Below are positions 15,862-25,189 of a stretch of DNA of 42,213 nt, in pieces (position 1 is the stretch's first letter; each line of letters starts with the position of its first letter). Source of the stretch: an uncultured Rhodothermaceae bacterium. Lineage in GTDB: Bacteria; Bacteroidota; Rhodothermia; Rhodothermales; DASSAV01. The stretch spans positions 1 to 42,213 of the forward strand of contig CBDTTW010000003.1 of assembly GCA_965363675.1 (NCBI GenBank), in the 5' to 3' direction. The translations under genes were made by a program, and so were the position numbers. The notes beneath the pieces are model-generated. The model saw only the letters and a list, made by a program, of their open reading frames with translations. It was not told where the DNA came from and did no database searches.

Positions 15862-16542
15862 ATGAAAAACCCGGCCCTGGCCTTTGCAGGCCGCCTCGCC
15901 CTCGTTCTCGCCCTGGCCGCCGGCCTCGCGGCCTGCAAAAGCAGCCGCCCCGCGGGGCAGGAGCCCGTCGAGAGCGGCTTCACGTCGCTCTTCAACGGCA
16001 GAAACCTGGAAGGGTGGACCGGCGACACCGAGGGCTACGCCGTCGAGGACGGCAGTCTCGTGTGCCTGAAGGACAAGGGCGGCAACCTCTACACGACGAA
16101 GGACTACGGCGACTTCGTGCTGCGCTTCGACTTCAAGTACGAGCCGGGCGGCAACAACGGCGTCGGCATCCGCGCGGAAATGGGCAAGGACGCCGCGTAC
16201 TACGGCATGGAAATTCAGATCCTGGACGACTACGCTCCCGAATACGCATCCCTGAAGCCGTGGCAGTTCCACGGGTCGGTGTATGGCGTAGCCCCGGCGC
16301 GGCGCGGCTATCTCAAGCCCGCCGGCGAGTGGAACTCCGAGGAGATCACCGCACGCGGGCGCCGCGTCACGGTGCGCCTCAACGGCGAGGTCATCCTCGA
16401 CGCCGACATCGAGCAGGCCGCGCGGCCTACGACGGTGGACGGCAAGGAGCATCCCGGCCTGCTCAACCCTTCCGGGCGCATCGGCTTCCTCGGGCACGGG
16501 CATCGCATGGAGTTCAAGAACATCCGCGTGCGCGCCCTGTAA
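15862..16542 (+). CDS. DUF1080 (3-keto-disaccharide hydrolase family) lipoprotein
   Basis: Lipobox LAA-C, SLFNGRNLEGW, NNGVG, EIQILDD, GEWN, GFLGH, FKNIRVR. Confidence 0.9.
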   Translation: MKNPALAFAGRLALVLALAAGLAACKSSRPAGQEPVESGFTSLFNGRNLEGWTGDTEGYAVEDGSLVCLKDKGGNLYTTKDYGDFVLRFDFKYEPGGNNGVGIRAEMGKDAAYYGMEIQILDDYAPEYASLKPWQFHGSVYGVAPARRGYLKPAGEWNSEEITARGRRVTVRLNGEVILDADIEQAARPTTVDGKEHPGLLNPSGRIGFLGHGHRMEFKNIRVRAL

Positions 16543-16552
16543 GCCCTCCGGT

Positions 16553-16936
16553 TCAGGAGTCGCCCCAGACGCGCGCAATCCGCCCGATGAACCGCTCCTC
16601 GGCGGCGAGCACCTCGCCGTCGGCCTGCGCAATCTCCTTCAGGTCGCTGATGATGTGCTCGCGGAGCGCTTCCGGAAGCGCTTTCGCCAGTTTATCGATC
16701 AGGGCGTCCATCTGCGCGTCGGAGGGCTTTTCGAGGTACGAAAGGGTGGCTTCGCGGATGACGTGGTCGATCAGCTTGGGGTTTTTGTAAGGCTGCCACT
16801 GGCGCAGCTTGGCCGCAATGGTGCGCTGCTCCCGGTAGTCGAGGTCGTGGTCGGCGCCGTGCGCAAGCTCCAGGTATAAAAAGGCCAGGTCGTGCAGGAG
16901 CCTCACGTCGAGCCGGCCCGCGTCAACGTCTTTCAT
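16553..16936 (-). CDS. TerB-family (tellurite resistance-like) protein
   Basis: Two helical repeats with LAHGADHDLDYREQ and IAQADGEVLAAEERFI (ADG-x4-E motif). Start taken at ATG 16936. Confidence 0.8.
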   Translation of the reverse strand: MKDVDAGRLDVRLLHDLAFLYLELAHGADHDLDYREQRTIAAKLRQWQPYKNPKLIDHVIREATLSYLEKPSDAQMDALIDKLAKALPEALREHIISDLKEIAQADGEVLAAEERFIGRIARVWGDS

Positions 16937-17130
16937 GGGCGTACATGTCCGGAAGTTAGCGGGTGACCGGGGCGGAGCAATCCGCGGCCGGGACGTTTCC
17001 ATACGCCCGTTCGCTTCGGCGGGTTGCAAGGGGCGCACGATGTACCCGGTCCGTAACGAAGTGCGCCCGAGCGGTCGCGGCGAAGGAGCCGCGCCGCCCG
17101 GGCGCATCGTGCATGGAGCCGGCGTGGAGG

Positions 17131-18963
17131 CTACGAGCCGAGCGCCGCCGGAGCCTTGCGCATGCCCTTGACGGCGCCGGCCGCCTCGGCCAGGCGGTCC
17201 CAGGACGAGGTGGCCCAGATGCCGGCGTGGGTGCGGATGATTTCGAGCTGCATCTGCCGGTAGCGCGTGGGCTGCTGCGCCGCGAGCGTCTCGAACTGCG
17301 CCTTCAGGTCGAGCAGGCGCGCCTTGTTCTCGGCCGTGAAGCCGAAGTCGGCGATGTCCGCCACGAGCGCATCATAGGCGCGGTCGGCCTCGGTTTTGTC
17401 GGCGCGGTTGGGGTCGGCGTAGGTGGTTTCGTCGTAGGCGAAGCGCGCGTTCGGGTCGAGCGCATCGAGCCCGGCCTGCGCGAGCGCCTCCGAGGCGCCC
17501 AGCGGCAGGAAGAAGCGCACCGCCTTGCCGCCGACCTCGCTCACGAAGCGCACATCCGCCTGCGGCGCCACCACGCTCGAGGCGTCGGGCGCCGGCAGGG
17601 TGATGTGCGGGTTCATGCGCACGAAGGCCGCATACAGGCTCTCGCCCGGCTCCAGGCCGCGCAGCGCGGGGCGGCGCTCCGCGAGGGCGGCAAGGGCGCG
17701 GCTCAGCAGCAGCTCCGCCCCCGGCTTGACCTGCACGCGCTCGGTGCGCAGCGTTTTCTCCGGCTGAAGCGGCTCCTTGTCGGTTGCCTGAAGCGCTCCG
17801 TAGGCGCTCGCCACGTAGCCGCGCGAGTACGTCTTGAAGCTGCTGTTGGCCGACACCTGGTCGTAGCCGTCCGTAACGGCCCACATGTACGCATCCACGA
17901 CCGAGCCGGAGGCGGCGGCCGCGGGCTGCGCCGTAATGAACTGCCGGTAGACGGCGAAGATGTTGCCCGGACCGGTGTGATAGGCCGAGATGCCGGGGAT
18001 CTCATGCCCGACTGCGTTAGCGTAGCTCTTCACCGTGACGAACGAGTGCTCCATGGTGAGCAGCGGGTGCCACTCTTCGGAAACGCTTACGCTCGCGCCG
18101 CCGGCCGTAGCAAGCGCATAGCGGTTGATGCCGCTCTGCTCCAGGATGTAAGGCATCATCTGGTAGCGGCTGCGCGCCCCTACCGTCGAGATGAGGCGGT
18201 CCTGGTTGAACGTCTCGACGGTGCCGATCTCGGTGGCAAGCAGGCTCAGGCCGAGGCGGCGCGCCAGCCGGATCTCGTACTCGATGGTCGGCAGTTCGGT
18301 CGCGCGGGCTTCGCGCACCTGGTCGGCGCGGCCCCAGCGCACCACGAGGGCGCTCTTGGGGTAGCCCCGGCCGGTATAGGCGCCGATGAGACGGCTGGTT
18401 TCGTGGCGGCGCTGGCGGTCCACGTCGTCCCAGTTGGCCTGCCCGAGGCGCTGGTACTGCGCGCGCAGGGCTTCGAGTTCGGAGACTTCGAGCGTCTCGC
18501 CGGTGCGTCCATCGAGCAGGCGAATGGTAAAGTTGTCATCGACGCCCTGGCGCTGCTCGTACGTGCCCAGGAAGTCGCGGAACTTGCGGATAAGGTCGGC
18601 GCGCCCCGCGCTGCCGTCCGTCAGGAGGTCGCCTCCCAGATAAGGCTGGTAGAGCAGATCCGGATGCAAATCGAGGCTCTCGAAGGTGACGCCGGAGGCG
18701 ACGAGGCTTTTGCCGGCGGCGGCTTCGGCCAGGTCTTCGATGGGGTTGCGCTCCGGCAAATCGGTCGTCACCTTGCGGAGCAGGTTGCCTGCCAGCGAGT
18801 CCAGTCGGCCGCCGGTCGCCATGAGTAGGATGAACACGAAAAACGTGACCACGGCCGCCCAGGCCACGCTGCGCGGCGCCGCCTCCCCGGATGTAGGGGC
18901 AACCGAAACGACAACGACCTTTTCCTGGGGAGTCGAGGCGCTTTCGTTCTGGTGTTCTTGCAT
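17131..18963 (-). CDS. Membrane-anchored lytic transglycosylase (SLT)-like protein
   Basis: N-terminal TM. VETFNQDRLISTVGARSRYQMMP and ISAYHTGPGN match SLT motifs (E-S/T...GA-G-x-Q-x-MP; AYNxG), with YV in the motif IV position. Confidence 0.7.
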   Translation of the reverse strand: MQEHQNESASTPQEKVVVVSVAPTSGEAAPRSVAWAAVVTFFVFILLMATGGRLDSLAGNLLRKVTTDLPERNPIEDLAEAAAGKSLVASGVTFESLDLHPDLLYQPYLGGDLLTDGSAGRADLIRKFRDFLGTYEQRQGVDDNFTIRLLDGRTGETLEVSELEALRAQYQRLGQANWDDVDRQRRHETSRLIGAYTGRGYPKSALVVRWGRADQVREARATELPTIEYEIRLARRLGLSLLATEIGTVETFNQDRLISTVGARSRYQMMPYILEQSGINRYALATAGGASVSVSEEWHPLLTMEHSFVTVKSYANAVGHEIPGISAYHTGPGNIFAVYRQFITAQPAAAASGSVVDAYMWAVTDGYDQVSANSSFKTYSRGYVASAYGALQATDKEPLQPEKTLRTERVQVKPGAELLLSRALAALAERRPALRGLEPGESLYAAFVRMNPHITLPAPDASSVVAPQADVRFVSEVGGKAVRFFLPLGASEALAQAGLDALDPNARFAYDETTYADPNRADKTEADRAYDALVADIADFGFTAENKARLLDLKAQFETLAAQQPTRYRQMQLEIIRTHAGIWATSSWDRLAEAAGAVKGMRKAPAALGS

Positions 18964-19404
18964 AGGGATGTGGGGGCTAGAAAGTGTTCGGTGAGGGAAG
19001 GTGCGTCTATGAACTACAAATGATTATTGAGCATAGTTGCAGCTTGGTCTAGTAAAACGGGCAGCCCCTCTCCGGGTTCTCTCTGGGATGTGATAAAACG
19101 GTCGTATCGCTCCTTTTCCTTGCCATTTCTCTATGTTTCGCGCTTGAAGCCTTAGTTTTGCGCTTCTCCGGCGGCGCCTGCCTCGTTAAGGGCGCTTCTG
19201 CCGGAGCAGGCGCCCGCCGCGAAACAAACTTGCGGAAGCCCTTGCATCACCGGGAGGGTATGCGCAAATTGAGGCGGCGCGCCCGCTTCGCGGGGCGGCG
19301 GTCTGCTCCGCCTCGCGCCCGAGCCGGTGCGCCGCGCGCAGCCTCTCGTTTCATCCGGCGCCGGCCGGCCCCCTGTTGCCGGAGCCGCCCATCATGCCGC
19401 AACG

Positions 19405-19785
19405 ATGCCATACAGGCGGGAAGACGCTGCGCCTCCGAGCCCCTACTGGAGCCCCTTGCGCCGGGAGGCCGCGGAAGCCCGCGCCCATTGGGCCGAGGGC
19501 GTGACCGGGGACGGCCTGACCGGGGAAGGCCCCTTTGCGGAGCGCGGCGCGCCCGAGGCGTGGCCTCCGTCGGACGCTTCCGCCGAGGCGTACATCGATT
19601 TGCACAGCCGCTACGCCGAGGAGCGCCTGCGCCTGCTGGCGACCTTCCACGACGAGCGGGCGCCGCTGGAGGCGTTCATCCAGCAGTTGCAGCGCACTAC
19701 GGCGCTGCACCGCAAGCTGCGGCGCCTGCGCGAGGGCGCCGCCCCGGAGACCGGGCCGGCGCACCCCGCCGCCCTGCGGGGGTAG
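19405..19785 (+). CDS. Hypothetical protein
   Basis: ORF from ATG 19405 with GC3-rich codons and a helical C-terminal half. No recognisable family. Confidence 0.5.
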   Translation: MPYRREDAAPPSPYWSPLRREAAEARAHWAEGVTGDGLTGEGPFAERGAPEAWPPSDASAEAYIDLHSRYAEERLRLLATFHDERAPLEAFIQQLQRTTALHRKLRRLREGAAPETGPAHPAALRG

Positions 19786-19921
19786 CGGCGCGCGCGCCTC
19801 ATTTCGGACGGAGGCAGCCGGAGGCAGGGGAGGGAGGCGTATTTTATGCCGGATGTGCTTCGGCGCGGCGTTTGTTGCGGCGAGGGCGCCCCCCACGAAC
19901 GAGCCTCCGGCGCGCACCGTA

Positions 19922-20149
19922 GTGAATCCTGGAAAACCAGCCTCCCCCGCCGAAGTGAAGCGGCTTGCCGAGCAGGTGCGCCGCTGGGAGGAAGCCGTGC
20001 GCTGGCAGCAGGAGTACGTGCGCCGCCTCAAGCAGGACCCCCACGCCTCGGCAAGCCTCGTAGCCGGCGAGCAGGTCCACCTCCGGGGGCTGCAAGCCAT
20101 GCTCGACACGGTGCGGCAGGAGTACGCGCGCAAAAGCCACCCGGCCTAG
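19922..20149 (+). CDS. Hypothetical small coiled-coil protein (start uncertain)
   Basis: Amphipathic helical ORF (EVKRLAEQVRRWEEAVRWQQEYVRRL...) with a coding-like codon pattern. GTG 19922 and ATG 19853 are both possible starts. Confidence 0.45.
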   Translation: MNPGKPASPAEVKRLAEQVRRWEEAVRWQQEYVRRLKQDPHASASLVAGEQVHLRGLQAMLDTVRQEYARKSHPA

Positions 20150-20153
20150 GCGC

Positions 20154-22082
20154 TCACTGCACCAGGCGCCATAGCTCGCGGTACTGGGCATTCTGCGGCG
20201 CCAGCTCCAACAGGCGCCTGGCATGGGGGCGAGCCTCCTGTTTGCGCCCGGTGTTCAGGTACAGCGAGGCGAGGTTCGCCAGCGTCTGCTCCTCGTCCGG
20301 GTTGAGGCCGAGGGCCTGCCGGAAGTCCATGCGCGCCGCGTCGAGGTCGCCGCTGAGCGCCCGGAGGTAGCCGCGGTCGTTGTAGGCCAGCCAGAACTTG
20401 GGGTTGAGCGCCAGGATTTCGTTTTGCAAGGCCAGCGCGCGCTCGGGCTCGCGGCGGCCGGCGTAGGCGTAGGCCAGGCGGCTCTTGAAGCGCAAGTGCT
20501 GCGGCGCCCCGGCGGCGGCGGCCTCCAGCCACGGAACGGCCCCGGCGGCGTCGCCCTGCTTCAGGAACGCCTCGCCGATGCGATAGCGCGTCCAGGGCTG
20601 AAGGCGTTCCGGCGACGCCGTGGCGGCGTACGACGTAATGGCTCGGTAGTCGCCCTGCAAAAACCACAGGCGCACCCACGAGTCGGGAAGCGAGGCCCGG
20701 GAGGCTTCCTGGCGCCGGGCGCGTTCGAGGTAGACGGCCGCCGAGTCGAGGTAGTAGGCTTTGGGCTTGAACTGCTCGTAGTAGGTCAGGTAGCCGTCGG
20801 CCATGTCCTTGGCGGTAGGCGCCTTGTTGATGAGGCTTGCCATGCCGTAGAACTTCTGAAGCGCCGGCGTGGCCTCGGGCGGCGCCTGGCGGTCGGGCTT
20901 GCGGATGTAGTGGTCGGTGATCTGGACGTGGGGGATGTCCGACGAGCCCGAGGTGGGCATGTGGCAGGCAAAACAGTTGTCGCCGTTGCGGGCGCGCACG
21001 GCCGGCTCCTCGGCGCACACATCGCCGCGCGGAGGCGTGTGGCAGGTGCGGCACGGTTGGTTGTAGGCGTCCGCGCCGCGCTGCTTGACGCTTACGTGCG
21101 GGTCGTGGCAGGTGATGCACGTCATGGCTCCGGCGGCGCCCTCCCTGGCCCACGTCGCTTTGAAGCAGGGGCTCATCTTGAGGCGGTCCGGGTGCGAGGC
21201 CATGATGAACTGGCGCACGCTGTCGGCGTCGCGGGGCCAGTACACGTTCGTGAAAGCGTCCAGATTGCCGCCCGGCCGGAAGTCCAGGAAGGTCTTGTCG
21301 TCGGCGAGCACGGCCGCGCCCTGCATATGGCAGCGCTGGCAGATGTCGAACTGCCGCTCGACGGGCAGCCGCCGGGGGTTGACGATGGAGTAGTCCGGAG
21401 CCTGCGACGTATCGACGATCTCGCCGGCGCCTTTCTCGCGCACGTGCAGCGCGCCCGGCCCGTGGCAGCTCTCGCAGTCGATGCCGTTAGGGATGTGCGT
21501 AAACCGGTTCTCCGAGCCGGCCACATAGGTAGGGCGCGCGTTGTGGCATGTCATGCACTCCAGTTGGATCGCGCGGTCGAAGCGGGTGTTGTTGCCGGCG
21601 TGAAAGCCGGGCGGCAAGTCCCACCGCTGCTTCTGCACGTACCACGTCATCGGGATCTGGTAGACGTAGCCGTTTACGTCGTACATGTGGGAGTTGGTAT
21701 GTTGCCCCGAGCCGACGATGTAGTCGATGCGCTCGGTGCGCGCGTGCACGGTGTCGCGGCCGCTGAGGCGGTATTCCTTGACGAACAGCGCCTCGCCCCG
21801 GCGGAACGGCTGGTAGTAGAGGTCCGAGGCGGCGTCGTAGACGGGCGCGGCGCCGTCCCACCGGGCGTCGCTGTTGGAGAACGTGGCGCGTTTGAACGAG
21901 CGGCCCATTTCGGACTGCACATAACTCGCGTACTTGTCCGGGTGGCACCCGCGGCACGCCTCCTTGCCCACGAACTCTACGCTCAGGTCCATGTTGCGGT
22001 AGCGGGGAGCCTCGGCGTCGGGCTGCGGCCGGTTGGTGCAGGCCGCCAGCAAGAGCAGCAAGACGAAAGGAAGACGCTTCAT
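20154..22082 (-). CDS. Multiheme cytochrome c lipoprotein with C-terminal TPR repeats
   Basis: Lipobox LLAA-C after ATG 22082. Seven CxxCH motifs (CRGCH, CMTCH, CESCH, CQRCH, CITCH, CRTCH, CFACH). TPR repeats (AYNDRGYL, LANLASLY). Confidence 0.9.
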   Translation of the reverse strand: MKRLPFVLLLLLAACTNRPQPDAEAPRYRNMDLSVEFVGKEACRGCHPDKYASYVQSEMGRSFKRATFSNSDARWDGAAPVYDAASDLYYQPFRRGEALFVKEYRLSGRDTVHARTERIDYIVGSGQHTNSHMYDVNGYVYQIPMTWYVQKQRWDLPPGFHAGNNTRFDRAIQLECMTCHNARPTYVAGSENRFTHIPNGIDCESCHGPGALHVREKGAGEIVDTSQAPDYSIVNPRRLPVERQFDICQRCHMQGAAVLADDKTFLDFRPGGNLDAFTNVYWPRDADSVRQFIMASHPDRLKMSPCFKATWAREGAAGAMTCITCHDPHVSVKQRGADAYNQPCRTCHTPPRGDVCAEEPAVRARNGDNCFACHMPTSGSSDIPHVQITDHYIRKPDRQAPPEATPALQKFYGMASLINKAPTAKDMADGYLTYYEQFKPKAYYLDSAAVYLERARRQEASRASLPDSWVRLWFLQGDYRAITSYAATASPERLQPWTRYRIGEAFLKQGDAAGAVPWLEAAAAGAPQHLRFKSRLAYAYAGRREPERALALQNEILALNPKFWLAYNDRGYLRALSGDLDAARMDFRQALGLNPDEEQTLANLASLYLNTGRKQEARPHARRLLELAPQNAQYRELWRLVQ

Positions 22083-22401
22083 CGGGCAAAGTCTATCGGC
22101 AGGCGCAGCAGCGCGCCGCGCAGCTAAAAATAACCACCGGCGCGGCCCTTCGGCGGCGCAAAAATGCGGCGCATCCTGGCTCCGGCGCCTCCGGGACGCC
22201 CGGCGGAAAATTTTTCCGCGTCCGCTGCGAAAAATGAAAGACGCCGCGTTCCCTTTTTCTAGCCGCGCGCCCACCGGCAGGAGCGCAGCGGCACGCTTCG
22301 GGCGTTTTGTTTGAAGTTTTGGAGAACGGATTGGAAGTTGCACCCCGCCGCCGATACCCCTGAAGCATCCCCCGACGCCTGAGCCCACTCTCTGCTGGAA
22401 C

Positions 22402-22644
22402 GTGAATGACTTCGCCGCTATGAACGTCGTGGACCTGCTTCACCTTGCCAGCAGCCGGCGCATCATCGACGACTACCGCTTTCTCGACAGCGGGGTGCAG
22501 ATCCGCGAGGGCAGCGCCGAGTTTTTCTTTCCGCACGACGAGGCGGCCATGTTCCTGCGCGGGCTGCTGAGCTGGTACATGCAAACCTCCTACGATGCGG
22601 CCTCCGGAACGGGCGACGCCGCCGGCGCAACGGCGGGCGCCTGA
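22402..22644 (+). CDS. Small hypothetical protein, paralog A (alternative ATG start at 22420)
   Basis: GC3-rich ORF that aligns without gaps to ORFs 22777..23028 and 24860..25096. Confidence 0.65.
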   Translation: MNDFAAMNVVDLLHLASSRRIIDDYRFLDSGVQIREGSAEFFFPHDEAAMFLRGLLSWYMQTSYDAASGTGDAAGATAGA

Positions 22645-22776
22645 AGCGCCCGGAGCAGCGCTTGGAATCCATAAAATATTCTAAAAAAGGGCTTTCATCC
22701 TTCCTCTGAGGCGCTTTATCCTCTCAGTCAGCAGGTGCGCATCCGCGCCGCCGGACCCTGAACGAGGCAAACGGTC

Positions 22777-23028
22777 ATGGTGGAACTGAAGGGGCAGAAC
22801 CTACAGGATTTTCTGGACGTGGCGGTCCGGCATCACTACGCCGACAGGTACGACCTCCTGGGCGAAAAGGTGGTGCTGTACGTAGAGGGCCGGGCGCACC
22901 AGCTCACCCGGCAGCAGGTCTGGAGCTACCTTTCGCTGGCGATGTACGACTACGTGCGCGACCTCGCCCTCGGCTACGGTCTCTACAAGGAAGCCGAATC
23001 CTCCGACCCGAAGTACATCCGCTCCTGA
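22777..23028 (+). CDS. Small hypothetical protein, paralog B
   Basis: ATG with upstream GAGG. Shares the same 45-aa hydrophobic pattern with paralogs A and C. Confidence 0.65.
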   Translation: MVELKGQNLQDFLDVAVRHHYADRYDLLGEKVVLYVEGRAHQLTRQQVWSYLSLAMYDYVRDLALGYGLYKEAESSDPKYIRS

Positions 23029-23111
23029 AGCGCCTGGCCCCTTCGGCCGCCGCGTTGTGAGGCGCGCCCGGATGCTTTAGCTTGGCGCTCTCACATCCAG
23101 GAGCGCCTTTC

Positions 23112-23987
23112 ATGAAGGGAATCGTTCTGGCAGGCGGCGCAGGCACGCGCCTGCTGCCCGCTACGGCTGTCATCAGCAAGCAGCTTTTGCCGGTTTATGA
23201 CAAGCCGATGGTGTATTACCCCATTTCGAGCTTGATGCTGGCGGGCATCCGCGAAATCCTCCTCATCTCGACGCCTCACGATCTGCCGCGCTTCCGGGAA
23301 CTGCTCGGCGACGGCGCCGCGTGGGGCGTGCGCTTTGCCTACGCCGCGCAGCCGGCCCCGGAGGGCATCGCGCAGGCATTTCTGATCGGCGCCTCGTTCC
23401 TCGACGGCGAGGGCGCCGCGCTCATCCTCGGGGACAACATCTACTACGGCGCCGGGCTGGGCGAGAAGTTCGAGCGCGCGGCCGCCCTCACGCGCGGCGC
23501 CCTCGTCTTCGGCTACCCGGTCAAAGACCCCGAGCGCTACGGCGTCGTCGAGTTCGACGCGGCGGGGCGCGTGCTGAGCATCGAGGAGAAGCCGGCGGCG
23601 CCGCGCTCGCGCTATGCCGTGACGGGGCTGTACTTCTACGACGCCGACGTGGTGGAGGTGGCCCGGAGCGTGCGCCCCTCGGCGCGCGGCGAGCTGGAAA
23701 TCACGGACGTGAACCGCGCCTACCTGGCCGAGGGCGCCCTTACCGTCGATCTGTTGCAGCGCGGGATGGCGTGGCTGGATACGGGCACGCACGAGTCGTT
23801 TCAGCAGGCGTCGGTGTTCATCCAGACCATCGAGGAGCGCCAGGGCCTCAAGGTGGGCTGCCCCGAGGAGGTGGCCTGGCGCAAAGGCTGGATCGACGGC
23901 GAGCAACTGCTCGCGCTCGCAGGGCGCCTCGGGAAAAGCTCTTACGGCGAGTACCTGCGTATGCTGGCCGTGGAGGGCGCCGTATGA
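23112..23987 (+). CDS. rfbA: Glucose-1-phosphate thymidylyltransferase
   Basis: [48 protein letters not shown]. Confidence 0.97.
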   Translation: MKGIVLAGGAGTRLLPATAVISKQLLPVYDKPMVYYPISSLMLAGIREILLISTPHDLPRFRELLGDGAAWGVRFAYAAQPAPEGIAQAFLIGASFLDGEGAALILGDNIYYGAGLGEKFERAAALTRGALVFGYPVKDPERYGVVEFDAAGRVLSIEEKPAAPRSRYAVTGLYFYDADVVEVARSVRPSARGELEITDVNRAYLAEGALTVDLLQRGMAWLDTGTHESFQQASVFIQTIEERQGLKVGCPEEVAWRKGWIDGEQLLALAGRLGKSSYGEYLRMLAVEGAV

Positions 23988-24535
23988 AATGCACCCCGCT
24001 GCCCCTGGAGGGCCTGTTGCTCTTCGAGCCGCGCCGCTTCGCCGACGAGCGGGGGTGGTTCGCCGAGTTGTGGCAGGCCGAGCGCTACCGCGCCGCCGGC
24101 GTCGCGGCGGCGTTCGTGCAGGACAACCTTTCCTCTTCGCGTCGGGGCGTGGTGCGGGGGCTGCACTACCAGCAATCGCCCCGCGCCCAGGGTAAGCTCG
24201 TCTCGGTGCTTCGCGGCGAGGTCTACGACGTGGTGGTGGATCTGCGCCGCGCCTCGGCTACGTTCGGGCGCTGGATCGGGCGGCGCCTCTCGGCGGAGAA
24301 CGGCCATCAGCTCTACGCGCCGCCGGGCTTCGCGCACGGCTTCCAGGCGCTCAGCGCGGAGGCGGTCTTCCATTACAAATGCACCGACTACTACGACGCC
24401 GCCGCCGAAGCCGGCATCCGCTGGGACGATCCGGCGCTCGGCATCGACTGGCCGCTGCCGGAGGAGGCGCGCGTCTCGGAGAAGGACGCCGCTTTGCCGC
24501 TTCTGGCGGGGGTTCCGCCCGAGCGCCTTTTCTGA
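23984..24535 (+). CDS. rfbC: dTDP-4-dehydrorhamnose 3,5-epimerase
   Basis: DERGWF, FVQDN, RGLHYQ, QGKLV, GFAHGF, YKC, SEKD. ATGA overlap with rfbA. Confidence 0.95.
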   Translation: MKCTPLPLEGLLLFEPRRFADERGWFAELWQAERYRAAGVAAAFVQDNLSSSRRGVVRGLHYQQSPRAQGKLVSVLRGEVYDVVVDLRRASATFGRWIGRRLSAENGHQLYAPPGFAHGFQALSAEAVFHYKCTDYYDAAAEAGIRWDDPALGIDWPLPEEARVSEKDAALPLLAGVPPERLF

Positions 24536-24545
24536 GGGCGCCCCC

Positions 24546-24657
24546 AAAAAGAAGCAGCCCCCGGCGGAAGTGGTCGCGGGGGGCTGCGGTGGGGGCCTCG
24601 GTGGAAGTGGACACCAAGGCCGGGCGGCGCAGGGGGGCTGCAACGCCCTGCGCGCCA
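24546..24657 (-). ncRNA. Candidate small RNA: three hairpins, two with identical CCACUUCC loops, ending in an intrinsic terminator
   Basis: Stems at 24627-24653, 24594-24621 (a C/A mismatch on + becomes a G-U pair on -) and 24554-24587, followed by UUCUUUUU. A sigma-28-like promoter lies immediately upstream. Confidence 0.6.
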
Positions 24658-24663
24658 GTAAGG

Positions 24664-24715
24664 GTATCGCCGCCTCGGGCGCAATATTAAGCGCCGCGCC
24701 GCAATTTTTTTGAGA
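24664..24715 (-). promoter_or_regulatory. Sigma-28-like promoter with upstream A-tract driving the candidate sRNA
   Basis: Minus strand TCTCAAAAAAAT...GGCGCTTAA-N15-GGCGATAC. A near-identical arrangement occurs at 26874-26924. Confidence 0.55.
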
Positions 24716-24859
24716 CGCTCCGGAAACGGGAAATCCATGCGATAACCGGCTTGTTCGGCGCCGCCCAGCGGATCTTGAGGGCGCGGCGGCGGCTAGAACG
24801 GCTCTGGCAGTACGTACCCCCCGGCCCTCTGCCGCCGCGACGCAAACGCCGCCTTGCTC

Positions 24860-25096
24860 ATGGAAGCCCGTTTCATCAAATCGCTCGGCGCGCTCTGCGT
24901 GCAGCACAACCTTATCGAAGCGTTCACGCTGACGAAGAAAACGCTTGTCATGCACGTCGAGGGGGTGCCCGTGACGCTGCCGGTGGAGGCCGGCAAGGCG
25001 TTGCTGGCGGCGCTGCTCCGCGAGGCGGGCGTGCGCCCCGCCGAGCCGCCGCTCAGGCCGCCGGCCCCCGCTCCGGTCGTGGTCCGGCGCCTGTAG
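24860..25096 (+). CDS. Small hypothetical protein, paralog C
   Basis: MEARFIKSLGALCVQHNLIEAFTL...VEG...LLAALL aligns to paralogs A and B. Confidence 0.6.
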   Translation: MEARFIKSLGALCVQHNLIEAFTLTKKTLVMHVEGVPVTLPVEAGKALLAALLREAGVRPAEPPLRPPAPAPVVVRRL

Positions 25097-25105
25097 CGCC
25101 AGGGT

Positions 25106-25132
25106 TTAACCTTCGGCTCCGCATGCCGATAC
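25106..25132 (+). promoter_or_regulatory. Sigma-28-like promoter candidate
   Basis: TTAA(25106-25109)-N15-GCCGATAC(25125-25132), upstream of the HExxH membrane protein. Confidence 0.55.
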
Positions 25133-25189
25133 CTATGGGGTTGCGCCGTCGCTCAAGCGCGCGGCTTGTCCAACCCCTTCGGAATCCCC

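Noticed and set aside
22083-22388. N-terminal extension of the multiheme-TPR ORF
   Set aside because: The lipoprotein signal peptide begins at ATG 22082, and the upstream sequence looks intergenic.
23321-23983. Apparent long N-terminal extension of RfbC
   Set aside because: It is an out-of-frame overlap with rfbA. The true start is ATG 23984 (ATGA coupling).
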